A DNA stretch of 64,000 nucleotides, taken from NCBI GenBank assembly GCA_965261005.1, contig OZ253375.1:1376001-1440000 (forward strand). The letters are read 5' to 3'. Both the position numbers and the translations under genes were made by a program. The notes below the pieces were generated by a model. It ran no database searches. It had not been told where the DNA came from and saw only the letters and a list, made by a program, of their open reading frames with translations. The stretch is from Deinococcus sp. GTDB taxonomy: Bacteria > Deinococcota > Deinococci > Deinococcales > Deinococcaceae. Positions 42,327 to 54,575 of the stretch are shown here, piece after piece. Each line of letters starts with the position of its first letter. Position 1 is the first letter of the stretch.

Positions 42327-43097
42327 TCAGTCCTCTTCTTGCTCCTCGTCATAGTCCGGGTATTGCTCAGGGGCGGCGCCTTTGCTCTCCAACACCCTCG
42401 GGTAACGGGCGCCCTTTTCGGCGGCCTCGCGGCGCAGGAACTGCACCTCAAAGGTCCAGTCGTCGCCGTAGTCGAAGAGGTACAGCATCTTCTGCTTTTC
42501 CTGTTGAAAGACGTCGCTGACGGGCACGCCCTTCACGCCGTGCTCCTCCGTGGGGGCGCTGAGGCTCCCGCCCAGCAGCTCGGCCAGCTGCGCGCCCAGC
42601 TCGCCGCCGAAGGGGTCGCCGCCCGAATCGCCGAAGGGCAGGGCCGGCAGCAGGTCGCCCTCACCCTGCTCGAAGACCTGCTCCGCCAGCAGCTCGCTCA
42701 CGCGGGCGCGCAGGGCCTCGGGCACGTGCGGCAGCACCGCCTCCTCCATGCGGCGCTGCATGTACTGCTTCACGTCCTGCTCGACGGCGTTCACGTCCAC
42801 CTGCTCCATCGCCTCCGCGAGGGCGCGCTCGGCGGGGTCCTCCGACTCGGCCTCCTCCCCCTCCAAATCGCTGAACAGCTCGTACTTGACCCCTGCGGCG
42901 TAGGGATTTTTCAGGTTGTCGTAGAAGCCGAAGGCGTGGTCCATGTCGAAGCCAAAGGCCCTGTTGATGCTCACCGCCAGGTCGTAGAGGTCCGCGCCGA
43001 TGGGCACGGCAATGGTGCGGTGCGGACGCAGACGCTCGCCCGGCACCTTGGCGTTGGACGTGACCTTGAACAGCAGAATCGCGCGCGCGGTGGCCAT
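42327..43097 (-). CDS. pRiA4b ORF3 / IS1096 TnpR-like protein
   Basis: LYDL..I..AFG..DHAFGF and YLFDYGDDW.F..YP motifs. Confidence 0.75.
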   Translation of the reverse strand: MATARAILLFKVTSNAKVPGERLRPHRTIAVPIGADLYDLAVSINRAFGFDMDHAFGFYDNLKNPYAAGVKYELFSDLEGEEAESEDPAERALAEAMEQVDVNAVEQDVKQYMQRRMEEAVLPHVPEALRARVSELLAEQVFEQGEGDLLPALPFGDSGGDPFGGELGAQLAELLGGSLSAPTEEHGVKGVPVSDVFQQEKQKMLYLFDYGDDWTFEVQFLRREAAEKGARYPRVLESKGAAPEQYPDYDEEQEED

Positions 43098-43106
43098 GGG
43101 CCAAGC

Positions 43107-43355
43107 TTACACAAACCGTCTGAGCAGCAATACCAGCGCCAGCCCGCCCAGCGCCAGCAGCGCAGCCACGGCCAGGCGGCGGTCCCCGCGCCAATGCAGC
43201 ACGACCACGCTCAGGGCGGCGGCCACGGGCGAGAGCAGCAGCGCCAGGATGCCCAGGTTGAGGGCGACCGGGAAAAACAGGCCCAGCGCCAGCAGCAGGG
43301 TCACGGCCCAGGTGGCGCCGGGGTACAGCCAGGGGGGCAGGACGGGGTCGTTCAT
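43107..43355 (-). CDS. small membrane protein
   Basis: Three hydrophobic segments; 1 bp downstream of TauE gene. Confidence 0.7.
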   Translation of the reverse strand: MNDPVLPPWLYPGATWAVTLLLALGLFFPVALNLGILALLLSPVAAALSVVVLHWRGDRRLAVAALLALGGLALVLLLRRFV

Positions 43356-43356
43356 C

Positions 43357-44109
<753 letters not shown>

Positions 44110-44133
44110 GGGGGCAGCGTAGCAGAAGACCGT

Positions 44134-45327
44134 TTACCTCTGCGCCGCCGCCGGCAAGCCCAGCGCGGCGTCGAGCGCCGGGTCCCGGTTCGCGCGCAAA
44201 TCCGCTTCCGACGGCTCCACCGCCAGATTCGGCACCACCGAGGCGTCCAGCAGCGGCCCCTTGCCGGCGGCGGCGCGGGCGGTCGTGACCGAGAGCAGCG
44301 AGCCGTCGCTGAGGTCGTAGAGGCCGACCGCCGAGTTGCGCACGCCGGCGGTGGGCGCCCCGACCACCCGCGCGCCCAACTGTTGCAAGGCGCCCGCGAA
44401 GACCTCGCCGCACGAGGCGGTGCGCGGCCCGACCAGGACCGTCACCCGGCCTGAAGGCGGCGCGCTGACCGGGGGCAGCGCGGCGATGGGGCGGGTGTTG
44501 GCGAGCAGGCGCCCCGCCTTCGCGTAGTAGCGCGCGGTGTAGCCGGGGCCGCTCAGGACGTGGTGGACCTCGCCAAAGGCCGAGGCCGCCAGCAAGCACT
44601 CGTTCAGGGAGCCGCCGCCGTTGGCGCGCACGTCCACGATCAGGGCGTCGCTCGGGTTGCTTTTACGCAGCAAGTCGAAGAACTGCCCGGCCACGCCCGA
44701 CCCCAGAAAGCTGGGAAGGTTGACGACGTTGACCTCGCCGTCCGGCCCCGTCACGCGCCGCAGGGTTGGCTCGTCGCGGGCGGGGAGGTCGGTCGGGCGC
44801 AGGGTGAGGTCGCCCCTCGTCAGGGTGAGCGTCACCGCGCCGGCGTCCTCACCCTGCGCCAAGGTCGCCGTCGTGGGGGCCTCTCCGTTCAGGGTGGAGA
44901 CAAAGTCACCCACCTTCAGGCCCGCCCGCGCCGCCGGCGAATCGGGGCGCACGTAGCCGACCACCGCGCCGCCATTCGGCTGGGGAATCAGGCGCAACCC
45001 CACCCGCGGCGCGCTGGCGCCGCGCATCTCGGCGCGCACCCGGCGGGCCAGGGCCGGTTCTTTGAGGTTGGTGTGCTTGTCATGGAAACCTGCCACCAGG
45101 GCCAGCGCGGCGGCGCGGCCAAGGGGCAACGGGCAGGCGGCGTTCTCGGCGCAGCGTTTCGCCAAGTCGGCGTCGGCGGCGCGGCTCAGGGCGGTCACGT
45201 CCACGGGCGCCGGGCCGTCGTAGGCGCGCAGGTACCGCTCGACCTCACCCAGGTAGTCCGAGGCCGGCGAGGCGTGCGCGAGGGTGGAGAGCAGCAGGGC
45301 GGGCAACAAAAAGCGGGCGGCCTTCAC
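44134..45327 (-). CDS. S41 family peptidase with PDZ domain
   Basis: Signal peptide, DKHT, SPAARAGLKVGD, DVRANGGG, TASCGE; start uncertain. Confidence 0.85.
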   Translation of the reverse strand: MKAARFLLPALLLSTLAHASPASDYLGEVERYLRAYDGPAPVDVTALSRAADADLAKRCAENAACPLPLGRAAALALVAGFHDKHTNLKEPALARRVRAEMRGASAPRVGLRLIPQPNGGAVVGYVRPDSPAARAGLKVGDFVSTLNGEAPTTATLAQGEDAGAVTLTLTRGDLTLRPTDLPARDEPTLRRVTGPDGEVNVVNLPSFLGSGVAGQFFDLLRKSNPSDALIVDVRANGGGSLNECLLAASAFGEVHHVLSGPGYTARYYAKAGRLLANTRPIAALPPVSAPPSGRVTVLVGPRTASCGEVFAGALQQLGARVVGAPTAGVRNSAVGLYDLSDGSLLSVTTARAAAGKGPLLDASVVPNLAVEPSEADLRANRDPALDAALGLPAAAQR

Positions 45328-45358
45328 CCCCTCAGCCTCGCGCCGGGGCATGTGCCCG

Positions 45359-46114
45359 CTAGCCGATGTGGGTGAGAAGCGTGCCCACGCCCTCAACCTC
45401 GACCTCGACTTGATCTCCACTCGCCAGCGGCCCGACGCCCTCGGGGGTGCCGGTCAGGACCACGTCCCCCGGCTCCAGGGTCACGAAGCGCGTCACGTAG
45501 GTCAGAATCTGCACCGGATCGAAGATCATCAGGGACGTGCGGCCGTCTTGGCGCACTTCGCCGTTCAGGCGGGTCTGGAGGCGCACGTCGCGTGGATCGA
45601 GGTCGGTCACCAAGGTCGGGCCGAGCGGGCAGAATTGGTCGGCGGCCTTGCCGCGAAACCACTGCAAGTCCTCGCGCTGGCGGTCGCGCGCCGTCAGGTC
45701 AAGGGCGCAGGTGTAGCCCGCCACGTGGTCGAGGGCCTCCCCCGGCCTCAGGTCCTTCGCGCGGCGCGCGATCACCAGGGCCAGCTCGCCCTCGTACTGC
45801 AAGTTCTCGGTCCAGTCGGGGTAAGGCACGGTGGCGCCGGGATTCTCCAGCGCGTTGGGACCCTTGAGGAACAGGCCCGGCTCCCTCGGCAGGCCCTCGG
45901 CGCCCAGGTTGTTCAGCTCCTTGATGTGGTCTACGTAGTTGCGCCCCACGCACACGATCTTGGTCGGCTCGGCCGGGGCGAGAACGGTCAGGCCCCCTGC
46001 GGGCAGCACCTCCCCCGTCCGCTCGCCCAGCATCCCCGCCGTGACGTGCACCTCGCCCTCTTCCAACACGCCCCACAGCACCCGCTCGCCCGACATCACC
46101 CTGGTCAGTTGCAT
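45359..46114 (-). CDS. fumarylacetoacetate hydrolase family protein
   Basis: VGRNY..H, YEGEL, DLTARD, LTGTP.GVG. Confidence 0.93.
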   Translation of the reverse strand: MQLTRVMSGERVLWGVLEEGEVHVTAGMLGERTGEVLPAGGLTVLAPAEPTKIVCVGRNYVDHIKELNNLGAEGLPREPGLFLKGPNALENPGATVPYPDWTENLQYEGELALVIARRAKDLRPGEALDHVAGYTCALDLTARDRQREDLQWFRGKAADQFCPLGPTLVTDLDPRDVRLQTRLNGEVRQDGRTSLMIFDPVQILTYVTRFVTLEPGDVVLTGTPEGVGPLASGDQVEVEVEGVGTLLTHIG

Positions 46115-46185
46115 GGGGGGAAGTCTAGCGCGGTGGGCTACAATCGGGCCGTGCCCAGACCAGCCGTGTTCGGAAAGAAAAGCTC

Positions 46186-47619
<1,434 letters not shown>

Positions 47620-47723
47620 ACCGGATCCAAACTTTAGGGAAAGTTTAAGAAAAGGGGCGGCCGTTTCCCGCCACCAAAGGCCGCCACGTCCGGTGGTAGG
47701 CTGGCAAAACCGGAGGAGACCAC

Positions 47724-48857
47724 ATGACGACCACCATCAACAAGGGCCTAGAGGGCGTGCTGTTCACCGAGACGGGCCTGACCTTTATCAACGGCGCTGA
47801 GGGCGTGCTGACCCACCTGGGCATCCCGATTCAGGAGTGGGCTGAGAACAGCACCTTCGAGGAGCTGTCCTACGCGCTGCTGCACGGCCAGCTGCCGAAG
47901 CCGGGAGAACTGGCCCAGTTCGAGTCCGATCTGAGGGCGCACCGTGAGGTGACGCCGGAGGTGCTCACAGCCATCGCGGGCTATCCGAGGACGGCCCACC
48001 CCATGCAAGTTCTCAGAACGGCCGTCAGCGATCTGGGTTTGTACGACCCGGACGCCGAGGAGATCACTGAGGAGGCGCGCTACCGAATCGGCGTGCGCAT
48101 GATCGCGCAGTTCGCCACCATGATCGCGGCCATCGCCCGCGCGCAGGAGGGCCAGGACGCCGTGGCGCCCAGGGCCGACCTGACCCACGCAGCCAACTTC
48201 CTCTACATGCTGCGCGGCGCCGAGCCGACCACGGAGGAGGCGCGCCTGTTCGACATCGCCCTGATCCTGCACGCCGACCACGGCATGAACGCCTCCACCT
48301 TCACGGCCATCGCGACCGCCAGCACCCTCAGCGACATGTACAGCTCTATGGTCAGCGCCATAGGCGCCCTGAAGGGGCCGCTGCACGGCGGCGCCAACGA
48401 GGCCGTGATGGACATGCTCGCAGAGATCGGCAGTGTCGAGAACGCCATTCCATACATCACGCAGAAGCTCGACAACAAGGAAAAGATCATGGGCGTGGGC
48501 CACCGCGTCTACAAGTTCTTCGATCCGCGCAGCCGCGTGTTGCGCGACTACGCCGCCCACGTCTCCGAGCAGCAGGGCAAGAGCCACGAGTACCAGATTC
48601 TGGAGACCATTGAAAAGGAGATCGTGGACCGGCTGGGTTCTAAGGGCATCTACCCCAACGTGGACTTCTACAGCGGCGTGGTCTACAGCGACCTCGGCAT
48701 CAAGAAGACCTTTTTCACGCCGATCTTCGCCCTCGCGCGCATCTCGGGCTGGGTCGCCAGCGTGATCGAGTACACGAACAACAACCGCTTGCTGCGCCCC
48801 GACGCCGAGTACACCGGGCCGAGGGACCAGCACTATGTGCCGCTGCAAGAGAGGTAG
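47724..48857 (+). CDS. gltA: citrate synthase
   Basis: DHGMNAST, GPLHGGANE, GVGHRVY, PNVDFYSG. Confidence 0.95.
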   Translation: MTTTINKGLEGVLFTETGLTFINGAEGVLTHLGIPIQEWAENSTFEELSYALLHGQLPKPGELAQFESDLRAHREVTPEVLTAIAGYPRTAHPMQVLRTAVSDLGLYDPDAEEITEEARYRIGVRMIAQFATMIAAIARAQEGQDAVAPRADLTHAANFLYMLRGAEPTTEEARLFDIALILHADHGMNASTFTAIATASTLSDMYSSMVSAIGALKGPLHGGANEAVMDMLAEIGSVENAIPYITQKLDNKEKIMGVGHRVYKFFDPRSRVLRDYAAHVSEQQGKSHEYQILETIEKEIVDRLGSKGIYPNVDFYSGVVYSDLGIKKTFFTPIFALARISGWVASVIEYTNNNRLLRPDAEYTGPRDQHYVPLQER

Positions 48858-48861
48858 GAAA

Positions 48862-48900
48862 CCCCCCTCCCCAACCTCTCCCCCGCAAGGGGGGAGGGGC
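48862..48900. repeat. REP-like palindromic repeat (family A, inverted)
   Basis: CCCC..CCTCTCCCCC GCAA GGGGGGAGGGG between convergent genes. Confidence 0.72.
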
Positions 48901-48903
48901 TTT

Positions 48904-49860
48904 TTATTTCAAGTTCGCCTTGAGGAAGTCGGCCACCGGGTCCAGCACACCGGGCGCGAGCAGGAGGCTGGGGTCGCCGTACGATTTTTGATTCAGCGCC
49001 GTGTCGCTGCCAACCTCCTTGAGCACATGGTTCATGCCGGGGATCAAGAGCAACTGCGCCGCCGGCTGGGCCGCCTTCAGCCGTTGGGCGTCCCCCACGC
49101 CGGTCTGCAAGTCCGACTCGCCCTGCACGATCAGCACCGGCACCTTCAGCGCCGCGATGCTCTGGGCGGGGTCGTAGGCAAACCACGAGATCAGGTAGGG
49201 CTGCACGCTGGGGCGGAACAGCGCGTTCAGGACCGGGCTGACCTGCGCCACGGGGCGGCCCGCGCGCAGCTCGGCCACGACGCGCCGCACCTCGGCCACC
49301 AATTCGGGCGGGGTGTTGGGATTGGCCTCCACCTGCATCGGGATCAAGTCGGCGGCGTTCTGACCGGCCCCCTCCAGCGACACGACCGCGCCGACCTGCG
49401 CCTTCCCGGCGGCAACCAGCGCGATCAGCGACCCCTCGCTGTGGCCGACCACGCCGACACCCCGAAAGCGGGAATCGGCGCTGAGCTGGTCCAGCCAGGC
49501 GGCGGCGTCGTTCACGTAGTCCTCAAAGCGCAAATCGGCTTCTTGCAGGTCGGGCGCCACACTTTCCCCCACGCCGCGCTTGTCGTAGCGCACGCTGGCG
49601 ACGCCGCGCGCCGCCAGCCCCTCGGCCAGCAGCTTGAGGCTGTCGTTTTTGCCGGGAATCGCCGCGCTGTTGCCGTCGCGGTCGGTCGGACCGGAGCCGG
49701 CCACGATCAGCACGGCGGGAAAGGGGCCATTGCCGGAAGGGAGTTCCAGCGTGCCCGAGAGCGTCACGCCGCTTAACTTTAAAGAGACCGGCTCGCTGGC
49801 GGCGAGGGCGGCGGGAATCAGGCCGAGGGTCAGGGTGGTGAGGGCGGTTCGCAGCATCAT
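48904..49860 (-). CDS. secreted alpha/beta hydrolase
   Basis: Signal peptide, GSGPTDRDGN, RYDKRG, GHSEG, MNH. Confidence 0.9.
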   Translation of the reverse strand: MMLRTALTTLTLGLIPAALAASEPVSLKLSGVTLSGTLELPSGNGPFPAVLIVAGSGPTDRDGNSAAIPGKNDSLKLLAEGLAARGVASVRYDKRGVGESVAPDLQEADLRFEDYVNDAAAWLDQLSADSRFRGVGVVGHSEGSLIALVAAGKAQVGAVVSLEGAGQNAADLIPMQVEANPNTPPELVAEVRRVVAELRAGRPVAQVSPVLNALFRPSVQPYLISWFAYDPAQSIAALKVPVLIVQGESDLQTGVGDAQRLKAAQPAAQLLLIPGMNHVLKEVGSDTALNQKSYGDPSLLLAPGVLDPVADFLKANLK

Positions 49861-50002
49861 GGCTCCTTCCGAAGGGGGCTTGAGGGGAGCGTAAGCCAGC
49901 CTCCGTTGGGCGGAATGTACAGCGGTTCAGCGCCCCTTTATGTACCGTCAAGTAAGTTCTCAGGCATACTGATGGAATTTGTTTTTCGAGCGTATGCGGT
50001 GG

Positions 50003-50044
50003 CCCTCCACCCCCGGCCCCGGTCCCTCGGGTGGGAAGGGAAGC
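50003..50044. repeat. degenerate REP-like repeat (family A, inverted)
   Basis: CCCTCCACCCCCGGCCCC..TCCC..GGGAAGGG. Confidence 0.55.
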
Positions 50045-50200
50045 AAAGATTTGGGAAGAGCTGGCCTATATAGCGCAAAGCTGAGTTGACGCTGTATTAA
50101 GCGTGCTGGTAAAACGCGCGAAAGGTGTTTTGTCCTCTGTCTAGACATTCCGAAAGGGAGCCGCAAACGCAACCGATAGTCATCGGCGTATGATCACGGC

Positions 50201-50680
50201 ATGAGTGAATGTCCAAAGTGTCAGTCAAGCGACGCTCGTTACCTCTCGGTCATTCACAAAGAAGGATTGAGTCGAATCGACACGCAAAGCCGGAGCGGCT
50301 GCAATCCGTTCGCGTTGCTGCTCTTCCCGCTCATCGGGGTATACTCGCTGTTCTTCGTGGGTAGTCGTCGATTGAAAACGGAGGGCACGCAGCAGTCTAT
50401 CCTTTCCGCCGAGTCAGCACCGCCAACACGCAAGCCGCTGATCGGCTCGGTGTTATGGGCTTTGGTCGGGCTGCTTCTGATGACCAATCACGCCGTGTTC
50501 ATCGGCTTGGTCATTCTCATTATCGCCGGCTTGGCGGGCTACGCTGCTTATCAGTACAACAACCAAAAATTTCCAGCAGAGTATGCCCTTTGGCAGAACA
50601 GCTTGATGTGCTCAAAGTGCGGCACCGTATACGCGACCAAGCTGGTCGCGCCAGCCACCTCCGCTCAGACAACCCTGTAA
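50201..50680 (+). CDS. membrane protein with split zinc-ribbon (CPKC ... CSKC)
   Basis: Two CxxC at opposite ends around hydrophobic segments; TATGAT 6 nt before ATG; lower GC. Confidence 0.75.
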   Translation: MSECPKCQSSDARYLSVIHKEGLSRIDTQSRSGCNPFALLLFPLIGVYSLFFVGSRRLKTEGTQQSILSAESAPPTRKPLIGSVLWALVGLLLMTNHAVFIGLVILIIAGLAGYAAYQYNNQKFPAEYALWQNSLMCSKCGTVYATKLVAPATSAQTTL

Positions 50681-50760
50681 ATGACCAGAAGACGCGGCGA
50701 ACGGGCCTGTACTCTCATGTTGTTATAACTGCCGAGACAACAAGCCCGTTTGCACGCCCC

Positions 50761-51436
50761 TTAGCGCGTCAGTTCCCGCACCCCATCCGGCGCCGCCACA
50801 TAAGCGCGCCCGGCCATGCCCAGAAACAGGCCCGTCTCGACCACGCCGGGGGTCAGCTTGAGCCGGCGCTCCAAGGCGCTGGGGTCAGGAATGTCATGGA
50901 AGCGCGCGTCGAAGATGAAGTTGCCGTTGTCGGTGAGGTAAGGTTCGCTTCCGGCCATTCGCAAGCTTCCCCCGGCCCCCAACTGCGCCAGCCGTTCCAA
51001 GGTCGTCTCCACGCCGAAGCGCACCACCTCGACGGGGACGGGCGCCTTTTCGCCCAGGCGCGAGACCAGCTTGGTGTGGTCGGCGATGACCACGAACCTC
51101 TGCGCGCGCAGCTCGGTCAGCTTTTCGCGGGTCAGGGCGCCACCGAGACCTTTGACGAGGTCGAGGTTCGGCGCGATCTCGTCGGCGCCGTCGATAGCGA
51201 GGTCGAGCGGGCGCAGGTCCAGCGGCTCGACGGCCACGCCCAAATCGCGGGCCAGCCCCGCGCTCGCCTCGGACGTCGCCACGCCGACAACGCCCCGCAG
51301 CTCCCCCGCCGCGATGCGCCGGCCGAGTTCGATAATGGCGTGCCGCGAGGTGGTGCCGCTGCCCAGACCCACCCGCATATCGCTTTCGATGAGGGCCACG
51401 GCCCGCGCCGCCGCCGCTTGTTTCAAGGCTTCGAGG

Positions 51437-51444
<8 letters not shown>
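50761..51444 (-). CDS. rpiA: ribose-5-phosphate isomerase A
   Basis: GLGSGTT, DGADEI, KGLGGAL.REK, GVVETGLF. Confidence 0.95.
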
Positions 51445-51922
<478 letters not shown>

Positions 51923-51998
51923 GCGGCGAGCATACCCGAAGCCGGCACGCTTCCCCGAAGGTTGCGTTTTTCTTAAATTTTCTCGTTAGTATGGGGCC

Positions 51999-52691
51999 GT
52001 GAAGCTCGCGCCGTACATTGACCACACCCTGTTGAAGGCCGCCGCCACGCCCGGGGACGTCCGTCAGCTGTGCGCCGAGGCGCGGGAGCACCAGTTTAAG
52101 GCGGTGTGCGTCAACCCGGTGTACGTCCCGCTGGCAAAACGGGAACTGAACGGCTCCGGCGTCTTGGTGGCGACGGTGTGCGGCTTTCCGCTGGGCGCCT
52201 TGCTGCCGGGGCAAAAGGCGTCGGAGGCTCGGGCCAGCGTGGACGCCGGCGCCGACGAGGTAGATATGGTCATCCACCTTGGGGCGGCGCTCGCCGGCGA
52301 TTGGGACGCGGTCGAGGCCGACATCCGCGCCGTGCGGGAAGCGCTGCCCGGCGCCACCCTCAAGGTCATCCTGGAAACGGGTACGCTGGCCGACGAGCAA
52401 AAGGTTCTCGCTGCTCGGGCCGCCGCGCGGGCCGGAAGCGACTTCGTCAAGACCTCCACCGGCTTTGGGCCGGGCGGGGCGACGGTGCATGACGTGCGCC
52501 TGATGAAAGAGGCGGCCGGCGAGCGCGTGCAGGTCAAGGCGTCCGGCGGCATTCGCACCCGCGCGGACGCGGGGGCGCTTGTCGAGGCGGGCGCCACGCG
52601 GCTGGGGACCTCGGGGGGCGTGGCGCTGGTTTCGGGTGAGCTGATTTCGGGTGAGCTGGTCTCGGGCGAAACGGCCCACACAGATTACTAA
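51999..52691 (+). CDS. deoC: deoxyribose-phosphate aldolase
   Basis: IDHTLL, GFPLG, KVILE, KTSTG, KASGGIR, RLGTS. Confidence 0.96.
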   Translation: MKLAPYIDHTLLKAAATPGDVRQLCAEAREHQFKAVCVNPVYVPLAKRELNGSGVLVATVCGFPLGALLPGQKASEARASVDAGADEVDMVIHLGAALAGDWDAVEADIRAVREALPGATLKVILETGTLADEQKVLAARAAARAGSDFVKTSTGFGPGGATVHDVRLMKEAAGERVQVKASGGIRTRADAGALVEAGATRLGTSGGVALVSGELISGELVSGETAHTDY

Positions 52692-52711
52692 TTCTTCCGA
52701 GAAAGTTACAT

Positions 52712-53296
52712 ATGCCTAATCCTGATCTGATCCTGGCCTCGGCCAGCCCGCGCCGCTCGGAGTTGCTGTCGCGGCTGGGCGTGTCCTTTCGCGTGCGCGC
52801 CTCTGACTTGCCGGAACTCTCGCAGGAGCCAGAGCCGGCGGCGATGGCGCGCGACCTCGCCCGACAAAAGGCCCGCGCCGTGCTGGACCTGGAGCCGGAC
52901 GCCCTGATCCTGGCCGCCGACACGGTGGTCGCGCTGGGGGAGGTCTTGCTGGGCAAGCCGGCGGACGAAGGGGAGAACCGCGACTTTTTAAGGCGCTTGT
53001 CGGGAAAAACACACCAAGTGACCACCGGCGTGGCCTTGATGTCTGCTGCGGGCGGGCGGGTCTGCTCGGAGACGACCTTGGTGACGTTGCGCGATCTCAC
53101 GGAGGCCGAGATCAGTTGGTACGCCGGCACCGGCGAGGGCCTCGACAAGGCCGGCGGCTACGGCATTCAGGGCTTAGGGTCGGTTCTGGTCGCCCGCGTC
53201 GAGGGCGACTACTCAAACGTGGTGGGCCTCCCGCTGCCGGGCGTGATCGGTCTGTTGCGCGCGGCGGGCCTGGCCCTCTGGGGAGAGCGGGCGTGA
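52712..53296 (+). CDS. maf: Maf family nucleoside triphosphate pyrophosphatase
   Basis: LASASPRR, AADT, GKP, KAGGYGIQ, VVGLP. Confidence 0.94.
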   Translation: MPNPDLILASASPRRSELLSRLGVSFRVRASDLPELSQEPEPAAMARDLARQKARAVLDLEPDALILAADTVVALGEVLLGKPADEGENRDFLRRLSGKTHQVTTGVALMSAAGGRVCSETTLVTLRDLTEAEISWYAGTGEGLDKAGGYGIQGLGSVLVARVEGDYSNVVGLPLPGVIGLLRAAGLALWGERA

Positions 53297-54075
53297 AGGC
53301 CTGGCGGCGCCTCGCGCTGGTGTACCTGGGCCTGCTGTTTCTGAGCATGGTCGCCACGCGCTTTCAGGTGGTCGCGCCGCCCTCGGTGTCGAGCGGGATC
53401 CTGCCGGTCACGCAGCTGTTCGGCGGCGCGGCGGACAACCTGCGCCGCGCCTACGTCACCCTGGTCTTGGAGCGCGATCTGGCTGCGAGCGTGCGCGAGC
53501 TGCGGCTGCAAAACGCCACCCTGCGCGGGCGCAACGACCTGCTGGAGCGCGAAAACGCCCGCCTCAGGCAGGCCGCCCAGATTCGCGCCACCCAGTCGCC
53601 CAACCTCGTGGCGGTGGCGTCGGTGGTCGAGGTGGACCCCTCGCCGCTGCTGTCGCGCCTGACGGTCAACCGGGGCGCCGGCGACGGCGTCAGGCGCTTT
53701 ATGCCGGCCACCGTGCCGGCGGGCCTGATCGGGCAGGTGACCGAGGTGGACGGCCGCAACGCGGTTATCACGACCATTCTTGATCCCGAAAGCTACGTGG
53801 GCGTCACCCTAAGGGGCAAGGGTGGGCGCGGCCTGGCGGTGGGGGCGCCGCCGGACCGCCTGCGGGCCAGCTTTCCCCTCGGCGTGGACGTGCGGCCCGG
53901 CGACACGGTGCTGACCTCCAGCCTCGGCGGCGTGTACCCGGTGGGCATCAAGGTGGGCACCGTGGAAAAAGTCGAGCCGGCCGGTCCCAACGACGTGAAC
54001 CGCACCGCCGTGGTGCGGCCCGCCGCCGACGTGAACACCGTGGAGGAAGTGGGTCTCTTAGAGGGCCTGCCGTGA
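53293..54075 (+). CDS. mreC: rod shape-determining protein MreC
   Basis: TM helix, coiled coil ENARLR, GLIGQV, TSSLGGVYP.G. Confidence 0.9.
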   Translation: MKAWRRLALVYLGLLFLSMVATRFQVVAPPSVSSGILPVTQLFGGAADNLRRAYVTLVLERDLAASVRELRLQNATLRGRNDLLERENARLRQAAQIRATQSPNLVAVASVVEVDPSPLLSRLTVNRGAGDGVRRFMPATVPAGLIGQVTEVDGRNAVITTILDPESYVGVTLRGKGGRGLAVGAPPDRLRASFPLGVDVRPGDTVLTSSLGGVYPVGIKVGTVEKVEPAGPNDVNRTAVVRPAADVNTVEEVGLLEGLP

Positions 54076-54575
54076 GCGCGCTGAGGGCGCTGGCCTATTT
54101 GCTGCTGCTGATCGGCGTGCAGGGCGCCCTCTCGCGGCTGCTGCCCGCCCAGATCAGCCCGCCGGATTTGTTCTTGCTAACTGGGGTGGCCCTGGCCCAC
54201 CGCCTGCGCCCGCTGGCGGCTTTGCTGACCGCTTACGGCCTGGGACTGGTGCAGGACGTGCTGGGCCACGGGTTGATCGGTTTGCACGCGGCGGGCCTTG
54301 CGGCGGGCGTGCTGCTGGTGCTGCTGCTGCGTACCTTCCTGTCCGGCCGGGGCGCCGTGCAGCTGGCGGTGACGGTCACGGCGGCGGTGGCGGGGCAGTG
54401 GCTGGCCTTTTTGGCGCTGACCTACTGGCTCAGGAACGGCCTCGTCACGGTGGGCACCCTGCAAAGCGTCTTGCCGGCCCTGCTGATCGCCACCCTGATC
54501 GCGGCGCCGCTGTGGGAGCGCGTCTCGGGCTGGGCCTTTGGGCCGCGCCCCACCCCGGAAGAAGGTTTGGCATGA
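54072..54575 (+). CDS. mreD: rod shape-determining protein MreD
   Basis: PDL, GLVQDV; hydrophobic; between mreC and PBP gene. Confidence 0.85.
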   Translation: MSALRALAYLLLLIGVQGALSRLLPAQISPPDLFLLTGVALAHRLRPLAALLTAYGLGLVQDVLGHGLIGLHAAGLAAGVLLVLLLRTFLSGRGAVQLAVTVTAAVAGQWLAFLALTYWLRNGLVTVGTLQSVLPALLIATLIAAPLWERVSGWAFGPRPTPEEGLA

